A stretch of 64,000 nt of DNA from Candidatus Aminicenantes bacterium. Its GTDB lineage: Bacteria; Acidobacteriota; Aminicenantia; Aminicenantales; Aminicenantaceae. Below the pieces are notes generated by a model. That model saw only the letters and a list, made by a program, of their open reading frames with translations, was not told the origin of the DNA and did no database searches. How positions within the stretch are numbered: the first letter of the stretch is position 1; every line of letters begins with the position of its first letter. This document shows positions 49,268 to 59,700 of this stretch, piece after piece. Position numbers and translations under genes: made by a program. The stretch is from assembly GCA_016927475.1 (NCBI GenBank), contig JAFGMO010000082.1, positions 13,564 to 77,563 of the forward strand, read 5' to 3'.

Positions 49268-50722
49268 ATGATAGAAAAATACATCAAATATGGTCTCATC
49301 CTTTTATTGATTATGGGTACAGCAGTTTCTGCGGCCGGGGATAAAAATGGCTTACGGATGACCGCAAATGGTGATGCGGAGAGGGAAGTTCGCATCAAAA
49401 AGTTCCCCATTGCCGTCCAGTGCTGGACCTATAGAAAATTCAGTTTTTTTGAAACTCTAGACCGGGTCAAAGCTCTGGGAATGGAATACCTTCAACCCTA
49501 TCCCGGGCAGAAATTGGGCGGAAAATATGAGGAGATCGTATTCGACCACCATTTGAGCGAGGATGTTATAAAGGAAATCCAGCAGAAGCTTCGCGAAACC
49601 GGTATCCGCCTTGTCGCATACGGCGTCGACGGAATTGAAAATGAAAAAAAGAGCATGGAGCAGGTTTTTTCGTTTGCCCGGAAACTGGGCATTCGAACGG
49701 TCGTGACCGAGCCGAAATTTGACGATTATGCTCTTCTTGACCGAATGGCCCGGGAATTCGGGGTGGACATCGCCATCCACAATCATCCCCAACCCACAAA
49801 GTATTCACAACCCGAAGTGGTCCTGGAGCATGTTCAAAAATTCGGGCCCCATGTGGGGGTATGCGCCGACACTGGTCACTGGATGCGCACAGGCAGGGTT
49901 CCGGTTAAGGCCCTGCGGCTTCTGGAGGGACGGATACTGGATGTTCATCTCAAAGACCTGGACGCTTTTGGAAGGAAAGAAGCCGAGGATGTTCCCTTCG
50001 GACAAGGGGAAGCCGATATTCGAAGCATTTTAGCCGAACTGACGCGGCAGAATTACGCCGGTTATCTGACCATCGAACATGAAAAAGAGGACGACGCTTT
50101 AAATCCCGAGCCGGCCATTCGGAAAGGGTTGGAATATATTCGAAGCATTACCTATTATGACGACTATGAGGAAATTTTGTCTTCTTACAACGGGATGTAT
50201 TCCAAACACGGCTGGAATCATTACGGACCGGGGACCTTCGAGTTGAATGAAAGGACAGGGGTTCTCAAGTCTTTCGGAGGGATGGGGCTTTTATGGTACG
50301 CCAAAAAAAAATGCAAGGATTTTATTCTTGAACTCGATTTCAAATGCGGGAAAAAAAACACCAATTCCGGCGTGTTCCTTAGGGTTCCTGAAGTGCCCAC
50401 AAGCGATGACTATATCTATCATTCTTTCGAGATACAGATTTATGACAGCGGTGAGGGGATTCACAAGACGGCTGCCGTTTATGATGCTGAACCCCCCAGC
50501 AAGGACGCCTTCCGGCCGACGGGTGAATGGAACCATTACAAAATAACCTTCAAAGGGAAACATATACGTGTGGAGCTTAACGGGGAAGAGGTAATAAACT
50601 GGGAGGCGGAACCCAGGGGAAAGGTCAAGAATTTTGCTGATGAGGGATATATTGGTCTTCAGAATCATGACAGGGACACCTCCGTATATTTTCGAAATAT
50701 TCAGGTCAAAGAATTGAAATAG
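49268..50722 (+). CDS. Secreted fusion of a xylose-isomerase-like TIM barrel and DUF1080 (3-keto-glycoside lyase family)
   Basis: Signal peptide; AIHNH, DTGHW, VHLKD, TIEHE; C-terminal NSGVFLR, EIQI.D, GEWNHY.I, GYIGLQNH...FRNI. Confidence 0.85.
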   Translation: MIEKYIKYGLILLLIMGTAVSAAGDKNGLRMTANGDAEREVRIKKFPIAVQCWTYRKFSFFETLDRVKALGMEYLQPYPGQKLGGKYEEIVFDHHLSEDVIKEIQQKLRETGIRLVAYGVDGIENEKKSMEQVFSFARKLGIRTVVTEPKFDDYALLDRMAREFGVDIAIHNHPQPTKYSQPEVVLEHVQKFGPHVGVCADTGHWMRTGRVPVKALRLLEGRILDVHLKDLDAFGRKEAEDVPFGQGEADIRSILAELTRQNYAGYLTIEHEKEDDALNPEPAIRKGLEYIRSITYYDDYEEILSSYNGMYSKHGWNHYGPGTFELNERTGVLKSFGGMGLLWYAKKKCKDFILELDFKCGKKNTNSGVFLRVPEVPTSDDYIYHSFEIQIYDSGEGIHKTAAVYDAEPPSKDAFRPTGEWNHYKITFKGKHIRVELNGEEVINWEAEPRGKVKNFADEGYIGLQNHDRDTSVYFRNIQVKELK

Positions 50723-50734
50723 AGTCTTGCTGAA

Positions 50735-51457
50735 ATGGCCAAGATATGCCGCTTCAATCCCCTACTGGAGCTTCTGCGTTCCCAACCAGGCCGTGTTCAG
50801 AAGATTTTTCTTCAGAGAGGGAAACGGCAGGACAGGTTTTTTGAAGTGATTCAAAAGGCCCAAGCTTCCCGCATCCCCCTTGTTTATGTTCCCAAAACCA
50901 AAATCGATTCCATGGCCCGAAACCACCAGGGTTTTGTAGCCCTGGTTATGGAAAAATCGTTCTCACCAGTCGAAGAGATGCTCGAGGGCCGGAAGCGTCC
51001 GTTGCTGCTTCTTCTCGATGGCATTGAAGACCCACAGAACCTGGGAGCCATTATCCGGACTGCCGAAGGTGCGGGGGTGGATGGGATTCTTCTGCCCGAA
51101 CGAAGGTCGGCCGGCATCAGCGAAACCGTTGCCCGTGTCTCAGCCGGAGCGCTGGCCCACGTTCGTATCGGACGGATTAAAAACGTTGTTCAGACATTGA
51201 CCTCTCTCAAGGACCGGGGCCTGTGGGTTGTCGGAGCCGAAGGAGGGACAGGAAAAAATTGGGATACATTCGACTACACCGTACCACTGGTCCTCGTTTT
51301 GGGCTCGGAAGGAAAAGGACTTCGCCCCCTTGTCCGTGAAAACTGTGATCAGGTTTTATCCATTCCTCTCTTCGGACAGATCAATTCTCTTAACGTCGGA
51401 GCGGCCGCGGCAATTTTTCTCTATGAGATTATCCGGCAGAGGTTAAACATTGAATAA
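50735..51457 (+). CDS. rlmB: 23S rRNA Gm2251 methyltransferase (SpoU/TrmH)
   Basis: NHQG, DPQNLGAIIRTA, GSEGKG, SLNV..A. Confidence 0.92.
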   Translation: MAKICRFNPLLELLRSQPGRVQKIFLQRGKRQDRFFEVIQKAQASRIPLVYVPKTKIDSMARNHQGFVALVMEKSFSPVEEMLEGRKRPLLLLLDGIEDPQNLGAIIRTAEGAGVDGILLPERRSAGISETVARVSAGALAHVRIGRIKNVVQTLTSLKDRGLWVVGAEGGTGKNWDTFDYTVPLVLVLGSEGKGLRPLVRENCDQVLSIPLFGQINSLNVGAAAAIFLYEIIRQRLNIE

Positions 51458-52112
51458 AACAAACAAACCCGGCGTAGATAATAATGGTAAGAAAAAAATG
51501 GCGAAAGAAGCAGCACTGACGGCACCCTTAGGGCTTGAAAAAAAGCTTATGCGGGAAAAACCGCAGCCTTTAAAATCCGAGAACATGGTTCTCAGATCCG
51601 TTCAAGCAGGAAATACCATGGCGTACCAGTATATCGTCCAGCAATACAAAAAAACGGCCTATTTCATCGCCCTTGGTTTTGTCCATAACACCGAAGATGC
51701 CATGGACCTTTCGCAGGATGCGTTCATTAAGGCTTTTCGCAAGATAAAAAGTTTTGATGCGGGCAGAGCTTTTTTCCCCTGGTTTTACCAGATCTTGAAG
51801 CGCCTTTGCCTGGATTATTTAAAGAAAAAATCTCGAAGACATGAAGTTCCCCTTGAAGAGGTTATTATTATCAAACACGAGGGAGTGGATCGGGAGATGA
51901 AGGATACTCTTAGAAAGGGATTGACGAAGCTGTCTCCCGACCAGCGGGAGGTCATCATCCTTCGCTATTTCCGCCAGCTTTCATACAGTGAAATTGCGGA
52001 AATGACAGGGAAGCCCTTGGGTTCCGTGATGTCTTCGCTGTACTACGCCAAAAAAAACTTAAAAAATGTTTTAGAAAAGTATCTGGGGAAAAATCCCCTT
52101 GAGCAAGGGTGA
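51450..52112 (+). CDS. ECF sigma factor
   Basis: DAMDLSQDAFIKAF, WFYQI, REVIILRY...SYSEIAE...PLGSVMS.L; start uncertain. Confidence 0.92.
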   Translation: MNKTNKPGVDNNGKKKMAKEAALTAPLGLEKKLMREKPQPLKSENMVLRSVQAGNTMAYQYIVQQYKKTAYFIALGFVHNTEDAMDLSQDAFIKAFRKIKSFDAGRAFFPWFYQILKRLCLDYLKKKSRRHEVPLEEVIIIKHEGVDREMKDTLRKGLTKLSPDQREVIILRYFRQLSYSEIAEMTGKPLGSVMSSLYYAKKNLKNVLEKYLGKNPLEQG

Positions 52113-52116
52113 TGTT

Positions 52117-52563
52117 ATGGATCATCAAAAGATAAAAGAACTCATTTCTTCCTACCTTGACGGCGAATTGGACCGGGAACAGGAAAAAATCGTCATTTCT
52201 CATCTAAAATCCTGCCCGGAATGCCGGAGGGAACTTGAAGAAATGAAGAAACTGGAGGAAATCATGAGCCGAATCGAGCTTAAAAAACCACCTCAGGAAA
52301 TGTGGCAGACCTATTGGAACTCGGTTTACAACCGTCTGGAAAGGAGAATCGGCTGGATTTTGCTTTCGGTGGGTGCTATTATTCTTCTATTTTTTGGCGG
52401 ATACAAAATGATGGAAGGAATGATCCATGACCCGTCGATTCCATTCTTATTAAAGCTTGGAATTTTAGCGGGCTTGGGAGGAACCGTGGTCCTTTTGGTC
52501 TCTTTAGGCAGGGAGCAGTTGTTTACTCGAAAGCGGGAAAGATACAAGGAGGTCGAGAAATGA
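52117..52563 (+). CDS. Zinc-finger (zf-HC2) anti-sigma factor
   Basis: SYLDGEL...HLKSCPEC plus two TM helices. Confidence 0.9.
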   Translation: MDHQKIKELISSYLDGELDREQEKIVISHLKSCPECRRELEEMKKLEEIMSRIELKKPPQEMWQTYWNSVYNRLERRIGWILLSVGAIILLFFGGYKMMEGMIHDPSIPFLLKLGILAGLGGTVVLLVSLGREQLFTRKRERYKEVEK

Positions 52564-52889
52564 TCTTGTCAACAATGGAGCAAGTGCCCGGTAAAAAGAT
52601 TAAAAAATATCTTGGTCTTGTTAGGGGTAATACGATCCGGGCCCGGCATCTCGGGCGGGACATTTTGGCTTTCCTCCGGGGAATTGTAGGAGGAGAAATT
52701 CGGGACTATACCAAGATGATGGCCGAGTCAAGGGAGCAGGCGTTGGATCGCATGGTCGAGGAAGCGGAGGGTTTGGGAGCGAATGCTGTTATCGCCATAC
52801 GGTTTACAACCTCGATGGTCATGAGCAGCGCTGCCGAAATCATGGTTTTCGGAACGGCCGTGGTTCTTGAAGAGCCCCATGACGGGTGA
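52560..52889 (+). CDS. YbjQ/UPF0145 family protein
   Basis: LGLVRG, IVGGEI..YT, SREQA..RM, GANAV, GTAV. Confidence 0.92.
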   Translation: MILSTMEQVPGKKIKKYLGLVRGNTIRARHLGRDILAFLRGIVGGEIRDYTKMMAESREQALDRMVEEAEGLGANAVIAIRFTTSMVMSSAAEIMVFGTAVVLEEPHDG

Positions 52890-53559
52890 CCCGTTGTCCC
52901 AAAAGCTGAAATTTCTTTTTTGGGTATTTTTTGTAGGGCTGACCCTGTGCTTCATGTGCACCACGGGTGAATCTGACTCTGTCGAAAAGGGCTATCTTTC
53001 CATCTATCTCCGGAATGAAAAAGTCGGCTATGAAGAATACACCTGGACCGCCGCGGAGGATGGATTTATTCTCTCCGTTCACGGAAAAACAACCAAACCG
53101 GTTCCCATCGATATCGAACACCTGACTATCCGTATGGATCCCGAATTCATTCCTTCGTTTTTTCATTTTAAAGGATCCCTCATGAATGTCCCCCAGGAGG
53201 TGACAAGCACCATCGTCGAGGGTGCCGTCGGCAACAAAATATTCGTCGCCGGTGAGGAACAGAGTATCCCCGTACAAGTGCGACGGGATGCCTTTCTTTT
53301 GCCCAATCCCATGTTCGCCCCTTATTTGGCTGTCACAAAAAAATTCCGCTGTTCCCTGACGGAACCGGTGGAACTGTCTGCTTACATCATTCCCCAACTG
53401 GAAATGCCGTTTACTCTCGGGCCAGAGGAAGAATCTCCCTGTACGCTGGTCATGCATCTGGGAATGACAGAAATGATTCTGGAGACCGATGAGACAGGCT
53501 TGCTTTTATCGCTAACCATCCCTTCCCAACATCTTAAAGTTGTCCTCGAAGAACGTTAA
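52867..53559 (+). CDS. Hypothetical exported protein
   Basis: N-terminal hydrophobic segment, beta-rich body; no motif recognised. Confidence 0.65.
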   Translation: MKSPMTGDPLSQKLKFLFWVFFVGLTLCFMCTTGESDSVEKGYLSIYLRNEKVGYEEYTWTAAEDGFILSVHGKTTKPVPIDIEHLTIRMDPEFIPSFFHFKGSLMNVPQEVTSTIVEGAVGNKIFVAGEEQSIPVQVRRDAFLLPNPMFAPYLAVTKKFRCSLTEPVELSAYIIPQLEMPFTLGPEEESPCTLVMHLGMTEMILETDETGLLLSLTIPSQHLKVVLEER

Positions 53560-53668
53560 AAATCCGACTGGAGTGACGTTTCCTCACCATTCACTCTTTT
53601 CCAGGTATCCATTTTTACGAAGAGCCGAAATACGAAACTACCGGATCGGCAGACCCGATGGAAACCCA

Positions 53669-53704
53669 GTCGATTGACATCCGCACCGGATGACGACTTT
53701 TTTT
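53669..53704 (+). terminator. Intrinsic terminator
   Basis: CATCCG-CAC-CGGATG stem extended by GTCG/CGAC, then T7. Confidence 0.55.
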
Positions 53705-53738
53705 AATGTTAGCATGTTGATACTCCGCCAAGAAATAA

Positions 53739-53802
53739 ATACCTACAAATGAGTTAAAATAATCCTTGACAATCGGATTTATAATAACTATATTGTAGGT
53801 AT
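53739..53802 (+). promoter_or_regulatory. padR promoter with flanking inverted repeat
   Basis: TTGACA(53766)-N17-TATATT; ATACCTACAA (53739-53748) / TTGTAGGTAT (53793-53802). Confidence 0.6.
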
Positions 53803-53803
53803 A

Positions 53804-54145
53804 ATGATAAAAAAAACAAAATCCAAATTCATTTCCCGTACGGAGGAGTATATTTTGTTAGCCGTTTGGCGTTTAAAGGACAACGCCTATGCGGTGACCA
53901 TTCGAGAGGATTTAAAGACAACGACAGGAAAAACATGGGCTTTTGGGGCCCTGTTCGTCATTTTGAACCGACTTGAAAAAAAAGGCTTTCTCGAGTCGCG
54001 GATGTCCGACCCGACGCCAAAAAGGGGAGGAAAGAGCAAACGTTATTATTTGCTTTCTTCCCAAGGCGTACGATCGCTGGTTGAGGTAAAACGAGTGCAT
54101 AACACCGTATGGGCCGGAACCGAAGACCTTCCCTTAATGCCATGA
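53804..54145 (+). CDS. PadR family transcriptional regulator
   Basis: EEYILLAV, AYAV.I, GAL...L.RLEKKG, RGGKSKRYY. Confidence 0.9.
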   Translation: MIKKTKSKFISRTEEYILLAVWRLKDNAYAVTIREDLKTTTGKTWAFGALFVILNRLEKKGFLESRMSDPTPKRGGKSKRYYLLSSQGVRSLVEVKRVHNTVWAGTEDLPLMP

Positions 54146-56715
54146 ATAAGACACATCACTATCACAAGCCCCCCCGGCTCGCCACCTGGATGCTGAGAAG
54201 ATTGTTTCCAGATTCCGGGCGGCAGTCCGTCCAGGGTGATTTAACGGAGGCGTTCCAGGATTTGGTTATGGAAAAAGGCCTGGGGAATGCCCGTTTCTGG
54301 TTCTGGGGACAGGTCCTGCGGTCCATTCCTCATGCCGGATGGGACATGTGCCTTTCATCGATGTCCATGCTGAGGCACTACTTCAAAACGTCGAAGAGAG
54401 TCATCGTCCGCAACAAAACGTATTCCTTGATCAATCTGGCGGGACTTGCGGTCGGTTTCACCTGCTGTTTTTTGATCCTTTCCTGGGTTCGCTATGAGCT
54501 CGGCTTTGATTCCTTTCATAAAAACGCCGGCGAACTTTATCGTGTCGTTTCGGAATTTCACAGCCCGGGGGGTGATATCAACTATACGGCCACAAGTCAG
54601 GCTCCTTTGGCGGAAGCGCTCAAAGAGAATTATCCTGAGGTGGTAAACGCAGCCCGGTCCATCCGCTGGGAAATACCGGCCGGTACATTTGGGAAAAAAT
54701 TCAATGAACGTGTTTGGATGGTCGATCCCGCATTTCTTGACATGTTCAGCTTCGATTCCATTCAAGGTGAGGCAAAAGGTGAGGCTTTTGCTCATCCCGG
54801 CTCCATCATTCTTACGGAGGGTGTGGCGGAAAAACATTTCGGAAAAAAAGATCCCGTAGGAAAGATGTTTATGATGGGAAAAGGCACTCCTTTTAAAATT
54901 GCTGCGGTGATAAAGGACATTCCACCCAACTCCCATCTGGATATGGACTGTTTGATTCCGCTGGAATTTACACGCAAGATCGGCTGGGACCTCGATGAAT
55001 GGGGGGGCTTTAATTTCAAAACATACATACAGCTAAATCAAGACACGGATGTTCAAACATTCAATCATAAAATACGCGACGTTCTCAAAACTTACATGCC
55101 CCGGACATCGACCACCGTCCGTTTGCAGCCGCTGAGTCATGTCCACCTTTATGATCTCAAAAGAGATGGAGGGCTCATCACTTATATCTATATTTTTACG
55201 TTCATGGCCTTTTTCGTGCTGGTCATCGCCTGCATCAATTATATGAATCTTTCGACGGCCAGATCCTCGATCAGGGGCCGGGAGATCGGAGTGAGACAGG
55301 TCATGGGGGCCGGACGCTGGCAGCTCATCAGGCAATTCACCGGCGAAGCTTTCTTTTTCAGTGCGGCCGCCGGGATTCTTTCGGTGCTGCTGGCCCATCT
55401 TTTCCTTCCCTTATTCGGGAAGCTGACGGGACGAGTATTTGCGATTTCCTATTCACCGGCGTCCTTTGCGTTTTTGGCCTGTATTGTGATTTTTGCCGGA
55501 GGGCTTTCAGGATTGTATCCCGCTCTTTATCTATCAGGCGTCAAACCGGTCCATATGCTCAGGAATACATCCCGCAGCCGTGGAAGCAGTGTCTGGTTCC
55601 GCAGAGCCCTGGTTGTGTTCCAATTTGCCGTTTCGATTTTTCTATTCATCGCCACCCTTGTTGTTTACAGACAAACGGAGCTTCTTAAAAAATCCGACCT
55701 GGGCTATGAAGATGAGGGGGTTATCTGCATGAACATGTCGGAATCCATTGCTATGGCTTATCCCGCTTTGCGCAGGGAGCTTTTGCAGATTCCCGCCGTA
55801 AAAGGAATAACCCGTACCAATACCAGACTGGATGCTCCGCAGTCTTCGGCGACAAGTGATGTCATCAGCTGGGAGGGACGGCAGGTGAACGAAAGCATGT
55901 CCATGCTTTATGTGATGGGTATGGACACGGATTTTGCTTCAACATATGGGATAAAGATGAAAGAAGGCCGTTTCTATTCCAGGGAATTCCCCGCGGAACT
56001 TCGCTCCGGTATGGTGCTGAACGAAGCGGCTGTCGAGGCTATGAATATGCGGTCTCCCGTTGGAAAAAAATTTCATTACTGGGATTTGGATGGAACCATC
56101 ATCGGCGTCGTAAAAAATTTTCACTACAACTCACTGCATCATGCCGTCGAGCCGATGGTCCTCAAGTTCGGTTTTTCTCTGAATACCATCTCTATTCGGC
56201 TGAAGCCTGAGGATATCGACAGGACTTTGGAACGAGTGAGATCTGTATTTAAAAAAATCGTTCCCACTACGGCATTTGAGTATGAATATTTAGACGATAG
56301 ACTGGAGAAGCTTTATGGTAATGAGAAGCGTATGGGAAATATCTCCAGGTCGATCGCTCTGCTGGCGGTGTTTATTTCCTGCCTGGGTTTATTGGGCCTG
56401 GCGGTTTTTTCCACCCAGCAGCGAACGAAAGAAATAGGAATCCGCAAGGTCCTGGGTTCTTCCGATTCTCGAATCATCTGGATGCTGATCAGGGAATTTT
56501 CTTTGTGGGTGCTGGCCGCCAACGTTTTTGCTTGGCCTTTGGCCTATATTTCGTCGCGAGCGTGGCTTCAAAATTTCGCTTATAAAATCCCGTTGGGTGT
56601 CTGGATTTTCTTTGTCTCAGGAAGTGCGGCTCTTGTCATTGCTCTGATGACGGTCGGCTTTTTGGCCTTAAAAACCGCGAAATTGAACCCGGTTGATTCT
56701 CTGCGGCATGAATAA
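54142..56715 (+). CDS. Duplicated MacB/FtsX-type ABC permease (ADOP-like, no adjacent ATPase)
   Basis: ATGA overlap with padR; PP.LA..LL/GDL.E prefix, INLAGLAVG, ACINYMNLSTAR, RTKEIGIRKVLG, NPVDSLRHE. Confidence 0.9.
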   Translation: MNKTHHYHKPPRLATWMLRRLFPDSGRQSVQGDLTEAFQDLVMEKGLGNARFWFWGQVLRSIPHAGWDMCLSSMSMLRHYFKTSKRVIVRNKTYSLINLAGLAVGFTCCFLILSWVRYELGFDSFHKNAGELYRVVSEFHSPGGDINYTATSQAPLAEALKENYPEVVNAARSIRWEIPAGTFGKKFNERVWMVDPAFLDMFSFDSIQGEAKGEAFAHPGSIILTEGVAEKHFGKKDPVGKMFMMGKGTPFKIAAVIKDIPPNSHLDMDCLIPLEFTRKIGWDLDEWGGFNFKTYIQLNQDTDVQTFNHKIRDVLKTYMPRTSTTVRLQPLSHVHLYDLKRDGGLITYIYIFTFMAFFVLVIACINYMNLSTARSSIRGREIGVRQVMGAGRWQLIRQFTGEAFFFSAAAGILSVLLAHLFLPLFGKLTGRVFAISYSPASFAFLACIVIFAGGLSGLYPALYLSGVKPVHMLRNTSRSRGSSVWFRRALVVFQFAVSIFLFIATLVVYRQTELLKKSDLGYEDEGVICMNMSESIAMAYPALRRELLQIPAVKGITRTNTRLDAPQSSATSDVISWEGRQVNESMSMLYVMGMDTDFASTYGIKMKEGRFYSREFPAELRSGMVLNEAAVEAMNMRSPVGKKFHYWDLDGTIIGVVKNFHYNSLHHAVEPMVLKFGFSLNTISIRLKPEDIDRTLERVRSVFKKIVPTTAFEYEYLDDRLEKLYGNEKRMGNISRSIALLAVFISCLGLLGLAVFSTQQRTKEIGIRKVLGSSDSRIIWMLIREFSLWVLAANVFAWPLAYISSRAWLQNFAYKIPLGVWIFFVSGSAALVIALMTVGFLALKTAKLNPVDSLRHE

Positions 56716-56787
56716 TTCTCGGGATGATGCTCTTGAGATATCATGTCGAAAGAAAAAATAGAAGAAGCATGAACTGTCCTTCAGAGA

Positions 56788-59700
56788 TTATTTGGACTTC
56801 TTGACATAAAAAATGGTATACATCGCCGGGACCACGATCAGGGTCAGCACGGTGGCGAAGGCCAGGCCGAAAATGATGGTCCAGGCCAGAGGATTCCAGA
56901 AAGCTGCGTTATCACCACCCCAGTACATTTGGGGGTCCAACCTGGTGAAAAAAGTCTGGAAATTAAAGTTCAATCCTATGGCCAAGGGAAGAAGTCCCAG
57001 GATGGTCGACAATGCCGTCAGTAAAACCGGATAAAGACGGGTGGCACCGGCGTCGATGACGGCGTCCAGCTTATTTTTGCTGCCGGGAAAACGTTTGTCC
57101 GTATAATCAACGATAATAATCCCGTTTTTGACCACGATGCCGGCCACGGCGATAATCCCCATGCCGGTCATGATCACGGAGACATCCATGCCGAATAAGG
57201 CGAATCCCAAAAAAACGCCCGTAAAACTGAAAAATATTTGTGTGATGATGATCAGCGGTTTGCCCAATGAATTGAACTGGAATACGAGGATGATGAAAAT
57301 AAGCGCCAGAGCAATGAACAAGGCTTTGACCAGGTACTCCCCTACTTCAGCTTGAGTATCCTGTTCTCCGGTAAATTGGACGGTATAACCCGGTTCCAAT
57401 TCGAATTTTGGAAGAGCCCTGTTTATAGTTTGGATGATTTGATTGGCGTTGTATCCGGTCAGCACGTTGGAAGAAAGAGTGATGGTACGTTTGTTGTCCA
57501 CCCGGGTGATGCTACCGTAGCTTGTCCGGTAGGTGATGTCCGCCACCGATGATATGGGAATACGGGAAGGGGACCTGTCTCCCCGTGGGGGCGCCGTCAG
57601 TTTCAGGTTAAGCAGGGCATCCAGGTTATCCCGGTATTCTTCCGCCAGGCGGAGCTGGATGGGATATCCCTCTTCTCCTTCTTTGAATTCGGATATTTCC
57701 GATCCATACACAGCCGTACGCAGCATTATACCTATCTGGGCGGTTGATAGTCCCAGCCGGTTGGCTTTGTCCCGGTCTACTTTCAGGATGATTTCGGGCT
57801 TGTTGACTTCCATGCTCGACTTCAGCTCTTCGATTCCTTCGACTCCGATATTGTTGATAAATTTTTGAAGCCTCTCTGTTATATTTATCAGTTTTTCGAT
57901 ATCATCCCCGCTGATTTCGATGTTGATGGGCATGCCGGAGGAAGGCCCCATGACATCGCTGTCGATCCGGATTTCAGCTCCCGGGATGCCGGACACGGCA
58001 CTGCGGAGTTCTTCCAGGTAGGATTGTGTGGGTTTGTCACCGGTCCGGAATTTGTATTCGACGAAAGTCACGGTCACTTTGGCCAGCTTGTCCTGGGGAA
58101 ACCTCTCGAACAACCCGCTGCCGGCGTTGACCGCCACGTTCGATACGACGGACTCGACATTCGGATTTTCATCTCCCAGAACATCAAAAACGATGTCCTC
58201 CACCCGGCGGCAGATGTCATTGGTCACATCGATATGGGTTCCTTCCGGCATGGTGATGTAGACATAAAGGCTGTTGGGATCTCCTTTTGGGAAAAAAACC
58301 ACCTGAGGCCGGCGAAGGCCAAGGAGGATGAAGGAAAAGCTCATCAGTATGATGATTCCCGCCAAAACACCGAAAGGACGACGGCCTCTGAGAAAAAAAG
58401 CCAGAGATTTTTTATAAGTACCCATCATACGGGGCAGGAAGCGGTTCTGGAACTTTTCGATCAGGAACTGCAGCACGGTTTTCAATAGAAAATAAAGCAA
58501 AACTCCGAGCATCAGAATGTTGGCCGGCAGCATATTCCCTGATATATAGAAGATCACGGCAAGAAAGGCAATTCCTCCCGCGATAAGAAGTTTTTTCCGG
58601 GGAATTTTCCAGGGATTAGGTTTTTCTTCAGGGGGGATATATTTCATGAAGGAAACAGCAAAGACCGGATTGATAACGTAGGCGACCAGCATGGATGCAG
58701 AAAGGGTGATGATGATGGTCACCGGCAGAAAAGACATGAACTTTCCCGCGATACCGGGCATAAAAATTAAGGGAAAAAAGGGCGCCATGGTGGTCAGGGT
58801 TCCGGTGAAGACTGCCAGAGCCACTTCTCCTGCTCCCCGTTTGGTGGCGGGGATGATGGGCAGGTTGGGGGTGTTCATGTAATGCCGGTAAATGTTCTCC
58901 ACCACCACGATGGAATTATCCACGACGATACCCAGCACCAGAATAAAGGACATCAGAACCACCATATTCATGGTGTATCCCACTACTGGAACAAAAATAA
59001 AAGCCACGATGATGGACATGGGTATGGCAATACCCACAAAGAGGGCATTGGTCTCCCCCATAAAAAACATGAGAACGAACACCACGACGATGAACCCGAC
59101 GATGATGGTGTTGAACAAGTCGCTGACGTTGTTGCGGGTTTGATTGCTGGTGTCTCCGGTCAGAATGATGTTCAGGTTATTGGGAGACGTTTTCCGGAAT
59201 TCCGAGACGATGTCTTTTATTTTATCTACGGCGTAGATCAGGTTTTTTCCGCTTTTTTTCACCACATTTAGGGTGACCACATCCTGAGAATTAAGCCGGG
59301 CGTAGCTTTCCCGTTCTTTATAGCCGTCCACCACCTCGGCGATGTCCCGGACTGCGAGACCATTCTGCAGCTGAATGTCCGCGATTTGATCGGCCGTGTC
59401 GAATTCGCCCACGAGGCGAAGGTTTCGCCGCATGCCGCCTTCATCGATCCGGCCACCGGAAATGGTCAGGTTTTCCGCGGCGACGGCGCTCTGGATGGTA
59501 TTGAAGGATATCCCGGCGGCCTGCATTTTGTAGAGATCAACGTTGATCTGAATTTCCCGGTCGAGGGCTCCGGCGATATCCGCTTTAGAAATTTCCTCCA
59601 AGGCTTCGATTTTTTCCTGAAGCTCGTCGGCGTATTTTTTTAACTGGACCAGTCCGATATCCCCTGATAAGTTGATGAACAGGATGGGGATCTCAGAAAG

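Noticed and set aside
53600-53704. Possible c-di-GMP-type riboswitch before a terminator
   Set aside because: Lacks the paired GNRA-tetraloop/receptor architecture and conserved core; the downstream gene has its own promoter
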